Assembly: GCF_004010195.1 (NCBI RefSeq)
Contig: NC_057749.1
Coordinates: forward strand, 16,881,750 to 16,945,749
DNA: 64,000 nt
Direction of reading: 5' to 3'
Source of the DNA: Chiloscyllium plagiosum
Taxonomy: Eukaryota
Below the pieces are notes generated by a model. That model did no database searches. It saw only the letters and a program-made list of their open reading frames with translations, and was not told where the DNA came from. Shown here one piece after another: positions 26,101 through 40,100 of this stretch; position 1 is the stretch's first letter, and the number at the start of each line of letters is the position of its first letter. A program made the translations under genes and the position numbers.

Positions 26101-29100
26101 ATCCTTGGTTTACATACAACTTGGTTTAGAGCTCCTTTATTAATGTGCTCTATTAATGTGCTGGACAAAGCTGGCGTTAGAAACAGCAACAAGACAGGTT
26201 AAGCAGTAAATTAAAACACATACACACATTGGCAAAAATCTGAATAAGGTCAGAAACACAGCAGGCCAGTTTGGGTCGGCAGTAAGCAAGAGTCGGCAGA
26301 GACCAATATTCCTCTGTGTCTGTAGGTTTTGCACATTTTTTGTGACTTTTTAGTTTGGAAGGCTTTAAAAAATGTAAAGTTTTGCACTGATTGCTGAAAC
26401 TATCTGCAAACAAATGGTTTCTGCTTTCATCCTAAACACTTCTCTTCCACGCAATGTTCCCAAATCCTAACAAAGTTCAGCTCTTGCAATAAATCTGGGG
26501 AGGCTCACTTGGTAGTTAACTTCCTAGGAACATAGAGGGAGGATGAGACCATTCAGCCTCTGAGTCTGTTTCGAGATTCGCTGAGATCATTGATGATTTG
26601 GGAGGTCAAGGTGTAAAGCTAATGCGAGTATCTAGCATCCCAGGTTAATGTTTTGGGCTAATTGGTTCAAATTTCACCACAGATGGTGAAATCTGAAGTC
26701 AAATAAAAACTTGTGATTAAAACAAATACAAATGGTGACCACTGTCAATTGTCATACAAATGCATCTGATTCACTAAAGTCATTTAGAGAAGGAAATTCC
26801 TCATCTCTACCCGGTCTAGCCTAGATGTGATGCCAGTCCCACAGTAATGTGGGTCACTATTAACTGCTCTCGAGGTAAATTAGGGATGGGTAATAAATGC
26901 TGGCCCAACCCACAATGCCAACATTCCATGAGCAATGCCAACATTCCACGTTTTCCTGCCCTTGGTCGATTTCCAATAACACACTTAACTAACTTTAAAA
27001 AGCTCGCTGACATACACTGGATTCCTTCCTTGTCTCTGGTCTCCAAGTAAGGAAGGGGCAGGGTTGTTGAGATAAAAATGACCATTTAATTTACAGTTTG
27101 TGCTTTGCATAAACATTGACATGTCAGGTTTGTAACTCTTAATGGCAGAATTAAAACGGTCAAAAATTCCAACATTTCATAACCATTTCGCAAGTTTAAT
27201 TTGTATAAAATCTGGGCATTGTCACAGATGAGGAATCAGCATTGAGTTGGAATGGTGACAAAACAGAGCATGGAATTGTGGAATCCAAAAGAAAGATGCA
27301 GAAAACGAAAGCAGGGGTTATGTGCTTGCTAAAACCAATGATACTGCAATCTGCCACTCACCTTCTTTGCTTCCCACAGCTGTTTTGGTAAAGGTTTGTT
27401 CAACTTTAAGACACTGTCTTCATTTGTCAGGACCGGGAATGAAAAGACTGAATAAAAAGCAGTAATCTATTAATAATGCAATGAAGATGGTGAAAAAATA
27501 AGATCGGAAACAAAAGTAAAGCTCTTAAGGAAAACAAACTAAATGATTAGGATAATATGAAATCATTTCATAATCGAACATTGAATCGATTACTGAAATA
27601 ATTAATCGATCACTATTATCGATTAACTAGATGACCAGGCTCTGCTTAACATAACGTGGATTTTTTTCCTGGATTATGGTTAGGCTAAAGTCGAAACCTT
27701 AGACTTTGACAGAGCTCCATTAAGTTTATAGGGTCTTTTTAATACCTGACTTACAGATGTCTCACACACACACAAAAAAAACCCACTTGTTTAAAAGATG
27801 AGAAAGATACAAGCTTTAAACCTTTCAGAAACACAAGCCTTCTGTGAATTTGAGGATTAACAAGGAGAACTGAACTGAAAGATCACCTCAGCAATTTTGA
27901 CAGGAAAGTAATCTGGGACTGCCAGGGATCTCTCTGTTGAAAGTCTTTGGTAACAGGAGAAACCGAAGTATGAAAGGTGACTACTCGAACAAAGGTAAAC
28001 TGCAACAAGCCATTGACCATATTTTTGAATAATGCTTCTCCTTTTCTTCTGAAAGTACTGCCCCTTTGTTAAGCTGTGCATCCAAGCATACTGACAATCT
28101 TTTTGTACCACGTCCAATTAACCTTCGATTCAGCCTACAGACCAGAAACATGCCATTCACTTCAAAATGCTGTGTGAGCAAGGACATCATTGACAACCTG
28201 GGCTATTCTGAGCAAAGCACACAGAAATGCTTATTCCGTTTCTTGCTAACCACATGGATTTGGATGAAAGGCAGCCATTGGATTCAGCAATGTTAACAAC
28301 TTGCCACCATCATACATTCCTTTTATATGAACCTAGAACCACATTCCCAGTTCATCATCACCCTGACATCTAGAAACAGAAACAGATTAAATTCATGGAC
28401 CAGGTAGAAGTTTAAAATTGGGATTCAACCATTTCTGAACTGCCTAGGCCTGGTCATGACCTGTTTACAATATTTCCAACACCTGAAATGATTTCAGGCT
28501 GTACGTGGACTTACAACAAAACAGACTCAAGCTAATTTGAACTCACCTTCTCCCAGACTGTCCATCTCATCACAATAATTTACTGTAGAAACAAAGAAGA
28601 CACAATCACATATCAGAGAATATCACCAACCAGAAAACACAGTCAGAAAGCCATTGACATCATTTCAGTGAGATGAATCCTGGATACAGCCTGGGTGTTC
28701 TGCAGCTAAAAACAATTTCAGATATTACTGTTGTACTCAGCTTCAGTACACAACTACTGGGTTACAAACGTGAGGGCAAAATGCTTTGTTAAAATTCTCC
28801 GATGCCCTCTCCCTTCATGATACTCTACGTGGCATTATTTCATTGGCATTTAACAGTCCATTGATACCTCACCATGTGCCAACCTGAACAATGGCTGGTG
28901 CCAGCTCCATGCTAAGCATCACAGTTGAGTTCTGCCATCTGCCATGGTGGGATTTGAACCAGAGACCCTAGGACATTAGCTGAATTTCTGGATTAATAGT
29001 CTCACGAGAACACCACTAGGCTATTGTCTCCCCAGAATTTTAGGGGTCCAGTTAGCCTGGGTTTCTGGATTCCTACTACAGTGACATTACCATTACATCA

Positions 29101-31086
29101 CTGCCTTGCCCAATACCCCACTCCCATTCCTGTATTCCTTGATTTCTACTGTGTCCAAAAAACTATCGATCTCTATCTTGGACATAATCAATGATTGAGC
29201 ACCCATTGCCCTCTAGATATGGAGTTCCAGAGTCACATACTTTACATAACGGAATTGTATATAGTCTTAGAACACATACTCCCTGGTTCTAAGTTCTCCA
29301 GCTAGGGGAAAAAGAATCGACCCTCATCAAGCCCTCAAAGAATTTTACACATTTCAATGAGATCGCCTCTCATTCTTCTCAACTCCCAAGAGACTAATCC
29401 ATTCTGCTCCACCTTCCTGCTTCTAACCCCGGCCAATTTAAACATTCTGGACTGACAGAATAAAAAATACAGATGACCTCACCATTCTGCCGCTCCTGTT
29501 GTGGGAACAGCTGGTTCCCGCTCATGAAGGCATCCTGTGGATTAGGGTTCAGAGCGCTGGTATGCAGAGCAGAGTCAGAGTTTGTTCTATTGAAGTAATG
29601 AGGAGAAAGTTAGAAAACTAAATGAGAAAAAGACAGGTTTTATAACCATAGTGTGCTGTAAAACGCTTGGTGTTCTTCTGAAATTGATGTTGCTGTGGGA
29701 GGTCTTTGACAGTAAACATGTATAGCAAACTCCCACAACAGCAATTCGATGAAGATCAGATTTCTAAAAAAAAGTGGTGCTGATTAAATAATGGACAGAG
29801 GGAACATCTCCATTGTTCTTCTTTGAATTAGTGCAAGGGGACATTTTGCCTCCACCTGAGCGAACAGACAGACCTTAGCTTGTCTCATTTGAAAACTGGC
29901 ACATAAGGCAGTGCAACCCTCCCTCAGCGCTGCACTGGAAATGCCAGTCTAGATATTTATGCTTAACTGGCTGGAGGGGATGGGGGAGTTTAAAGCAACA
30001 GAGGGGACAGCACTACCCAGTGAGCGACAGAGGAAGCAGCTCTCTGCAGACAGAGAGAATGAAACATTGGAGGATAATACATAATATACAAAAAAATCAT
30101 CCAAAGCGTTTCAAAGACCGAAGTAATATCAATGACTGCATCAAAGCTTTTCCAGCAGATTTTTCAGTGAATATATTTCACTCTTTACATCAGTGAAAGT
30201 TTCACTATTGAGGTTGTGACAATTTGATGCTACAAGTCCTGACTCCAGTCCTGTTCCATCACTGCTGTTAAGTGCACCAAGTCCTTAGCACACGAGAGGG
30301 ACCACAGCATTAGTGCGACACCCCCCCGACCATGTGTCACTGAGTTTGTCATCCAACTGTGGCTGAAAAGTAGGAGCTTCCCAAACAGGAGAGGAAGCAG
30401 AGACATTACCACTTGGCACTTAAATGATCCACCAACTTTCACCGAGTTATTAAACATGATGTAGGAAGATGAGGCAAAATACTCTTTTCACTTTACCCCT
30501 ACCTACCTCATCGTCTACTTTATTGCATAAATTATGTTCAGTGAACAATGGTAATAAAATCTATACAATCACTCACAAGATCTCTAATTGTTCAAACAAA
30601 ATGTCCAGATCTGTTACAAAATCTCAGATATTGGAAAGTGACCCAAAGTCATTCACGAGCAGCTTGCTGTTCTGAATGGCACCAGTTCAGAATAAAGACA
30701 GAAATTGCCAGTGAAACCCGGCAGGTCTAGTTGCAACCGGGGAGGAAGAATCCCAGAGTTAATATTGAGTCCAATATGACTTGGAAGTCTTGAAGGAGAG
30801 TCATATTGGATCGAAATGTTAGCTGTTTCTCTCTCCACAGACGTGCTGAGTTCCTCCAGCATCTTCTGATTTTATTCTGATGTCCAGCATCTGCAGTATT
30901 TTATTTTTATTTCAGCATTGGCTTGAAAGCAGGTCGTTTATGGATAGGGAACCAGGACGGGTTGGAAAAATAAAGAAAACTGGGAGATGAATGTGTAGGA
31001 CCAAAAAGAAAAGTAACATATTGCTGAGATTATTAAGAACATAGTCTGTCATAGGCCAGACTGGATTTGCAGGATATCCTACGCAA

Positions 31087-31126
<40 letters not shown>

Positions 31127-34100
31127 ACAGAGAGAGAGAGAGAGTGAGAGAGTGAGAGAGAGAGAGCACGCGCAAGGGCCATGAGTTGTTGTTTCGAATA
31201 AGATGGTATACTGGTAAAGGTTTGATCACATGGAATCCTGGACCAGCTAGCCAATTGGATATAAAATTGGCTTGAGGGTAGAAGACAGACGGTGCGGTGG
31301 AGGGTTGTTCCTTGAGCTGTTGGCCTGTGAATGGTGGTGTGCCGCAAGGATCGATGCTGGGTCCACTGCCTTTCGTCTTTTACGGAAATGATTTGGATGT
31401 GAATATAGGATGCTTGCAGATGACAGCAAAATCGGTGGTGTGGTGGACAGTGAAGATGGTTATCTCTGAGTACAAGACCTTGATCAGATAGGCCGATGGG
31501 TCGAGGAATGGCAGATGGAGTTTAATTTAGATAAATGTGAGGTGATGCATTTTGATAAGGCACACCAGGGCAGGATTGGTACACTTAATGGTAGGGCCCA
31601 GGGGAGTGTTGCCGAACAAAGGAACCGAGGAGTGCAGGTGCATAATGCCTTGAAAATGGTATCACAGGTAAATAGGGTGGTGAAGAAGGCATTTGATATG
31701 TTTCCCTTCATTGGTCGGGGCATTGAGTACAGGGGTTGGGAGATCATGTTGCGGCTGTACAGGACATTAGTGAGGCCACTTTTGGAATGCTGCATTTAAT
31801 TCTGGTCTCCCTGCTATAGGAAAGATGTTGTTAAACATGAATGGGTTCAGAAAAGATTTACAAAGATGTTGCCAGGTGTGAAGGGTTTGACCTATAGGGG
31901 GAGGTCGAATAGGCTGGGGCTATTTTCTCGAAGGCTGAGGGGGGACCTTCTAGAGGTTTATAAAGTCATGAGGGGCAAGGATAGGGTAAATAGACAAGGT
32001 CTTTTCCCCCTGGGGTGGGGGAACCCAAAATCAGAGGGTGAGAGGGGAAAGATGTAAAAAGGTCCTGAGGGATAGCTTTTTCATGCAGAGGGTGGTGTTT
32101 ATATGGAACAAGCTGTCAGAGGAAGTGGAGGAGGAGAAGGAGGGTACAACATTAGGAAGGGTTCAGAGGGATATAGGTTAAATGGGACCAGATCCATTTG
32201 GGATATCTGGTTGGTGTGGACGAGTTGAACTGAAGGGTGTGTTTCTGTGCTGTACAACTCTATGATTGTATAAGATTGTGAAAATGCGTCACCTGCTGAG
32301 GGCCGAAATCAGTCTCAATCCAGGCGGCTTCTCCTCATTTCCCCATGGCAGGAGACTCCTTCACAGAGCAAACAAAGGACAAAAACAGAGAGGTCTTGAT
32401 TCACTTTGACTCTCCACCTACAAGTGTGTTAGTGAGAGAGAGAGAGCGAGAGAGAGAAAATGGAAGACAGCAGTAGTCTGGTGCAGTCGATGGTTACCAG
32501 GAGGCTGAGCGACAGAAGTGACAAGACCAGACGTGATTTGCTTTAAGGGAGAACGTTAGTGCAACATCCAGACTGCACTGGCCTGAGAACTGAAGAGATA
32601 TAAAGCACGAGATGCCCTGATTCAAGCACCCAGCATCGCCCTCACTATGTGTTTGATGAACTGAACTCCTCCCTTTCCTGAAGGTTCTGACTCTTCCTGA
32701 ACACAGTGTCACAGATGACTGTAGGCTTACAACAACTCGCACAAGTTATCAGCGTTCTGAAAAGGCCACTCCCTCCGTGACTCCCTCGTCAGGTCCACAC
32801 CCTCCATCAACCCAACCTCCACTCCTGGCACCTTCCTCTGCAACCGCAAGAAATGCAAAACTTACACCCATACCTCCCCCCTTACTTCCCTCCAAGGCCC
32901 CAAGGGATCCTTCCATATCAGCCACAAATTCACCTGCACCTCCACACACATCATTTACTGCATCTGCTGCACCCAATGTGGCCTCCTCTATATTGGGGAG
33001 ACAGGCGGCCTACTTGCGGAACGTTTCAGAGAACATCTCTGGGACACCCAGAGCACCCCGTGGCTCAACACTTCAACTCCCCCTCCCACCCCACCAAGGA
33101 CATGCAGGTCCTTGGACTCCTCCATAGCCAGACCATAGCAACACTACGGCTGGAGGAAGAGCGCCTCATCTTCCGCCTAGGAACCCTCCAACCACAAGGG
33201 ATGAACTCAGATTTCTCCAGTTTCCTCATTTCCCCTCCCCCCACCTTGTCTCAGTCAAATCCCTCGAACTCAGCACCACCTTCCTAACCTGCAATCTTCT
33301 TCCTGACCTCTCCGCCCCCACTCCCACTCCGGCCTATCACCCTCACCTTAACCTCCTTCCTCCTATCGCATTTCCAATGCCCCTCCCCCAAGTCCCTCCT
33401 CCCTACCTTTTATCTTAGCCTGCTGGACACACTTTCCTCATTCCTGAAGAAGGGCTCATGCCCGAAACGTCGATTCTCCTGCTCCTTGGATGCTGCCTGA
33501 CCTGCTGCGCTTTTCCAGCAACACATTTTCAGCAAGTTATCAGTCAGACAAGCAGCAAAAGATAATTGAAACTAGCCATACTCACCTTATTCACTAGACA
33601 GCACTACCTTCTCAACCATACAGCCTTGCCACAGTCATAACACTACTTTCAAAGAGAGCTAACCACTAAACTGTAGACAGTGAGTTATTCAACCACATAG
33701 GGTGAAGCTTGTCTGCAAATATTGATCTCCAGTACGGTTACTGGGACAGGGAACCCACATGGTTAATATTAATGAAATTGGATAAAAGCCACCCAATGCC
33801 ATACCTGTGTTGGGAGTGCTTGATGGCAACAGTTGTGCAAAGTTCTATTCTGTACCTAACCCCGAGCTGTCCCTGTCCCTGGGACAGAGTGAGCTTTACT
33901 CTGTATCTAACCCCGTCCTGTTCCTGTCCCTGTCCTGGGAGTGTTTGATGGGAGACAATGTAGAGGGAACTTTTCTCTGTATCTAACCCAGTGTTGTATC
34001 TGTCCTGGGAATGTTTGATGGGGACAGTGCAGAAAAAGCTTTACTCTGGATCTGGTACAGAAGATGCTCCATTTCATGGCATGAACCACGGAAGTTAGCT

Positions 34101-37100
34101 AGATAGATGGACTGAGATTGGTGCAAAAGAAAATGGCCATAATTCAGATGTAATGTGATCAAAGTGGCCAAGCTATCTGTGGTTGGTTTTACAATTTTTT
34201 TCAGGAAGTACCTTACACCCTGTTCATAGCTACCTTAGCAGATTGTGGTTTAACCGCTAGTCTTGTGTGTTCATAAAACTCTGGGGAAGTACTCTGGTAA
34301 GGCATACAATCACCACATATAGGATTCAATGTCCAAATGACCCAACTTCATGACAGGTTTTGGGGAGGTAGCCAGACGTCTAGAAGCTATTGCATCTATG
34401 TGAACATCCCCCAACCATGCCTTGGCTCCACACCCTCGCCAAGGTCCACTTAAAAGCATAGATTTGTGTTTACATAACATTTTTTATGACCTCAGCATAT
34501 TGCAAAATGCTTTGTGGCCAGTATAGTCTTTTTTTTGTATAGTCATGGTTGCTGGAAATGCTGCTTGTGGATTTTGCTGTATGCAATGTAATAATGGCCA
34601 GATAATTTGTTTAGTGATGCTGTCTGAGAGTAAAATATTGGCCATGATACCAGGAAAGTTCCTATGCTCTTCAGTGGAAAAATGCCATAAGGTTTTTACA
34701 GTCATCAGGATAGATGGGACCTTCTATTTAGCTCTCATCCAGAACACACAAGGCAACTCTCCAACAATACTGTATTGAAGTGTCAGCACCTCACAGTATA
34801 AATCGGAATACTGGAAGCCTCTTGAAGAATATTTGATTGTGGAATTAACCAAGGGAACAGGAAATGATCAGAATTCATGACAGAGACTCAGGTACTGTGA
34901 CCCCTTGAAAAGAAGTGCTTACATTCTGATTAGCTTTAAGAGACAAGGAGACATGAAAGTGGATGGAGGACTTGACTAACACACAGGTTAGCAGTGTCAC
35001 ATGACAGTTCTGACAAAAAGGGAAAATGCTAACTGAACAAAATAGCTTCAGAAAATCCCTTAAACACTACTCTAATGCACAACTCGGTAATAAGTATAAA
35101 GAAGTGAACCGTGAGATGCAGGAAGAGTGAACGGTGAGGTGCAGGAAGAGTGAACCGTGAGGTGCAGGAAGAGTGAACCGTGAGGTGCAGGAAGAGTGAA
35201 CCGTGAGGTGCAGGAAGAGTGAACCGTGAGGTGCAGGAAGAGTGAACGGTGAGATGCAGGAAGAGTGAACCGTGAGATGCAGGAAGAGTGAACCGTGAGG
35301 TGCAGGAAGAGCGAACCGTGAGATGCAGGAAGAGTGAACGGTGAGATGCAGGAAGAGCGAACCGTGAGATGCAGGAAGAGTGAACGGTGAGATGCAGGAA
35401 GAGTGAACCGTGAGATGCAGGAAGAGCGAACCGTGAGATGCAGGAAGAGCGAACCGTGAGATGCAGGTAGAGTGAACGGTGAGATGCAGGAAGAGTGAAC
35501 GGTGAGATGCAGGTAGAGTGAACGGTGAGATGCAGAGACTGCAACAAAGCAAAAAAAAAAGAGAGACAGACGCAAAGCCATTCATAAAGAAAGAGCGAGA
35601 ATGGGTGAATGAAAAGACTCCATATTGAAAGCTAGCTGGCAATAGCAAGACCCACTGGATCAGCTAAGTTCGGATATAGCCTCTGGGGTCTCAGCTCTTA
35701 TCTCATTGCAACATGTACATCTGACAAGCAAACTGTTCAACTTTTGATAGGAAAGGGAATTGTTTTGCACATAGTCTTATATAGGTCTGCTTCTATCTTG
35801 CACTTCTCACATCCACACTGCTATCAGAGTACAGAATTTGTTTGCCAGCAGGCTGCTTTTATCATTGTGCAGTCACAGCTCATTCTCCGAACCTTTGTGA
35901 GTCTCCACATAGCAGTTGAATATCCTTACAATGTCTCCCTCGGCCTAGATGTGATCAGTTGGTTGGGTGTTGATTTATCCAGACTTGCTTTGTATATCTG
36001 CTAGGGAAAGTGTTTAAAAGCTTCAAGAACAGTGCAGGAAAGGGGCTTGCTGACAGTGGGAGTGGAGGGGGGAAACTGTGCTGTTCTGAAGTGGCATTGC
36101 TTAAACAACACACCTCCCTGTTACTCTCATGAAATCACGTCAGACACGCTCAAACGTCAAGCTGAAATCAAATTTGTTAACAAGTAATCAGCACAAGCTT
36201 AAGTATTAACAGTAAAATAATTTCCTTAGCAGACGCCCTGGTTAATAAGAGTTAGTAACGAGCAGGGTTCATGCTATTCATAAAATTTAGAAAGAAGGAA
36301 GATGGACAGTGTTAATGAAAGCAAAGCGGAATGAATAAGTTTTAAATGAATACACATGTTCCCAATACAAAACAGACTGTACAAACATTATATTACTTAG
36401 TTACATAACAAATGGTTGGTGCTCAGAGCAAGCTGGCAAGTGTACAAACAGACCTCTACTTTCAGTTTTTTCCCTTCTTATTTCTGGTCACAGAAACATC
36501 TCAACTCGCGACACCATGAGCCCTGAGAAGAATCCCTTTACTAGTTCCCACGAGTTTGTTATAGGGTTTGGCTACACGATGCAGTATGGGTGCTCAAAGA
36601 TTAGCCTGGGATCAAGGGACATGTCCAATGCAAAGTTCACACTATACTTGGTCAGCACCAGTTTGATTTTGAGCTCAGTTTCCTCTTTCCCTCTGGCAGG
36701 AGCTGTGGGACAGTTCTATCTGACACCCTCTCCTATCACAATTACATGACAAATCACTGGATAGTGAATGACATCAAATGGTTTGAGTGTGCCAGGAGTC
36801 TTGGAATTCACCTGATCTGTTTCTGAACCAGTGCTCACTGATAGATACTTTTCCTGGAATTCATTGGATGGCAATTGGATGCTTAGCACCTCTTTAGATC
36901 ATGACCGTGGGTGTACCTACACCAGATGGGCATAGCGGCACAAGGAACCAGCCCACTACCAATCTTTCAAGGGCAACTATATACAGGCAATGAGGCCCAC
37001 TTCCAAGAAATTATAGTTTTTTTTGAAGAAAGAGGTGACCAGCAGCACCAGCTGAAATCAATTAAAACCAGCAGGTACTTGGGATGAGACTGTAACAGCA

Positions 37101-40100
37101 CGCTGCTCTCTCTGTCTCGCTGTAGCAATGCATTAGGGAATCTACTGGGGGAAACACAGGTCAGGTTAAAGGAATTACCTCTGTTTATTATAACCACATT
37201 TGTGGGGCCCTCTGGTGGTAGTGTCCCTACCTATGGACCAGGAGGCCCAGGTTCAAGTCCCACCTGCTCCAGAGATGTGTAATAAGATCTCTGAACTGGT
37301 TGATTAGGAAAATAGGTTAAGTTAAAAAAAACACACCCTCCACTAAATACTCAGGAGAAGCATCGCAAAACTCATGCCACCTAAACACTGGTGTAATGGG
37401 GTATTTGTGTAATGTGTAAATTTCAAACTCAAGGAGGGCTGGCTCCCAGAACACTGAGAGCAGCTCTTAGTCACAAACAAGACTATTTCTTGATCAAAAT
37501 AATTTATTTTTAGGACTTAATGATGAACGTCACATTTAAATCCATTTAACTTTCCTTTATGGAACAAATGCATTGAAATATAAGAGATGGTGGGGCAAGG
37601 AATTTTAAAGATACAGGCTTTATGTAATCAAATAATCTCCACACTGGTAAATTACTTAGACATGCAGCCTCTGTTGCAAGACAGAAAACCACGAAAATGG
37701 CCTTTTGTGCACACCTAGATCTGCAGACAAGAGCAGGATTGATGACCAGTTAATGGAGAGAGAGGATTGTCAGCTAGCACTGAGAACTCTCTACCTTTCT
37801 AATAGTGCCAGAAGACATTTAATGGTTACATTCAAATGAGCATTCCCATATAATGTAGCTCTTGACAATGATACACTCTCTGAGCACTGTTTTTAAATGA
37901 CAGTTTGGATAATGTGTGCCAATCTTGAATAGTAAATCTTCTGAGTCAGAGGTAAGAATACTATCAGCTAAAATAACCCAATATGCCCAAATTTAAAACT
38001 AGCCTGACAACAGGTTTGAGCAGAAAATGTGTTGCTGGAAAAGCACAGCAGGTTCCTGAAGAAGGGCTTATGCCCGAAACGTCGATTCTCCTGTTCCTTG
38101 GATGCTGCCTGACCTGCTGCGCTTTTCCAGCAACACATTTTCAGCTCTGACCTCCAGCATCTGCAGTCCTCACTTTCTCCTCCAACAGGTTTGAGCATCC
38201 AATCATGGGAAGCTCATGAGGGAGTTGGAAGTAGTAAAGAGTGGATCCAGAAATTTCCATAATGGGAAACCCAAGGTAAGTGGATTTGTTCTCTTTGGAA
38301 TAAAGAAGACAGTGAGTGATCTAATTCCATTTTTCCTGGGTAGAGGAACTGTTTCCAGTGAAAACAGCATGCATTAGGGACACAAGTCAGAGCTGAGGAA
38401 GTCAAGAATACAGAGAGCGATCAGGATAAACTATTTCACCCAAAGGACAATCGAGTTGTTGTTCAGAAACCAGCATTTGAATTAGGGTTCAGGGAGAAAT
38501 CCAAAGTATTTTGTGAGAATGGAAAAGATTGAATGGTACGATAGAAAGTTTGGGTGATCTGTCAGAGTGGAGACTAGTCACTCAGCCCTATATTCTTGCC
38601 CCCTTTTTTATTCAGTTACTTCTACAGCACTCCAGAACCATAATCAATTCAAGATTACAGCAACACTTAACAGTCTGAAGCCTAGATTTATGGGTCAATC
38701 CAACATCAGGTTCACTCTCATTATACAGGATTTTTGGAGCATGGAACTATCCAAACCCAGCTTCACCCTCATTATACAGGAAACTTTTGCAGGTTTAAGG
38801 GAATTTTTAGACTTATTTATTTAATGTTTGAGGTGATTTAATAGTGTGTTAGCTATACTGTACAGTTGATTGCCCTGTAATGGGCTACACAGCAGGCTTT
38901 TTAATCTTGGTGATGGTAATTTTGGAGTGATATCACAAGAAACCCTACAGAACCAGACCCAATTAGAAAGCAATGAAGCTGCTAGCAATGATAAATAATT
39001 TCCAAAATTAATACTTGGCACAAATCTGCAACAGGACACAAACGTTGGTTCGGGAAACCTTCACAGAATAAACACTGCAGTAAATCAACATTCCCCAGAA
39101 GGCTTTTATGTGATGATACAACAGAGGAGGCCATTCAGCCCACTGATCCAATGCCGAGCAATCTAATTGGTCCCAATGCTCTGTTCTTTCCCCTTAGACC
39201 TGCAACATTTTTCTTCACAGATATATCCAATTCCCTTTTAAAAGTAATAATGAATTTGCTTTCACTGCCCTTTCAGATCACAAAGCCATTGTGTAAGTAA
39301 TAATTCCCACCTCCCCTCTGTTATTTTAAAATGCGTCCTCTGGTTACCATCGCTTCGGGAGTGGGAAGTGTTTCCCACCAACTACCCTATCAAGATCTCT
39401 AATAACTTTGAAAACCTTTATTAAATCTCCCTTAATATATATGCATCTAGTACAGTCTTTAAACCAATTTCCAGCATGGTTTCTGCACCAACCATGACAA
39501 AAAGTTAACATCTCAAGTTTCTTTCAGAATTACCGGGCTGCCATTGCCTCAAATTCAGCGCATTAATGATTTGGCTGGTACAGGACTGAAGAACTTGAGA
39601 ATTACCAATATAACAGACATAACAACAAACACTGAACAGCAAATTGTCTTACCGTCTCCAACTTGTATCCGGTGGTGGAGAGAGATAAACTGAACCATAT
39701 GGGGAACTGCCAATGTGCACATGTTAAGGAGAAGCTGAGTTTCAACACCATTGAGCAATTTATCCAGTGTTACAGGAGCAGCACATTAAACCCTGAAACG
39801 TGGACAGGTGAGTGACACAATAAAGCAGACATTAACCATTCACTTGTGGGACCTTGGTTTAAATCTGATGGGTTGTAACTCTTCTCTATCTCCTTAAAGG
39901 CTGTGTGCGTAATGAGCTATGTATCTTACAGCTCACATTTACACAAATACCTTACTATACAAAACATGCTTGATGTTTTTTCCCCCTAACAAGGCAACTG
40001 CAATTATGTACAAAGTTGGAATACACTATAATCAGACAAATGGACACCAAGCTGAAGGAAGAGATGTCAAGGTGGAGGTTTTTAAGAGATGGAATAGGGT

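Noticed and set aside
31071..31080. aggatatcct, resembling a U12 donor on either strand
   Set aside because: Poor match after ATATCCT and not at an exon boundary.
35029..35648. Three long overlapping ORFs
   Set aside because: Artefact of the stop-free 23-bp tandem repeat.
37205..37275. tRNA-like sequence with a B-box
   Set aside because: No complete cloverleaf; it continues into a tail shared with a second copy, so it is a SINE head.
38700..38792. Imperfect ~50-bp tandem duplication (ttcac.ctcattatacagga)
   Set aside because: Two diverged copies only; an ordinary local duplication with no further signal.
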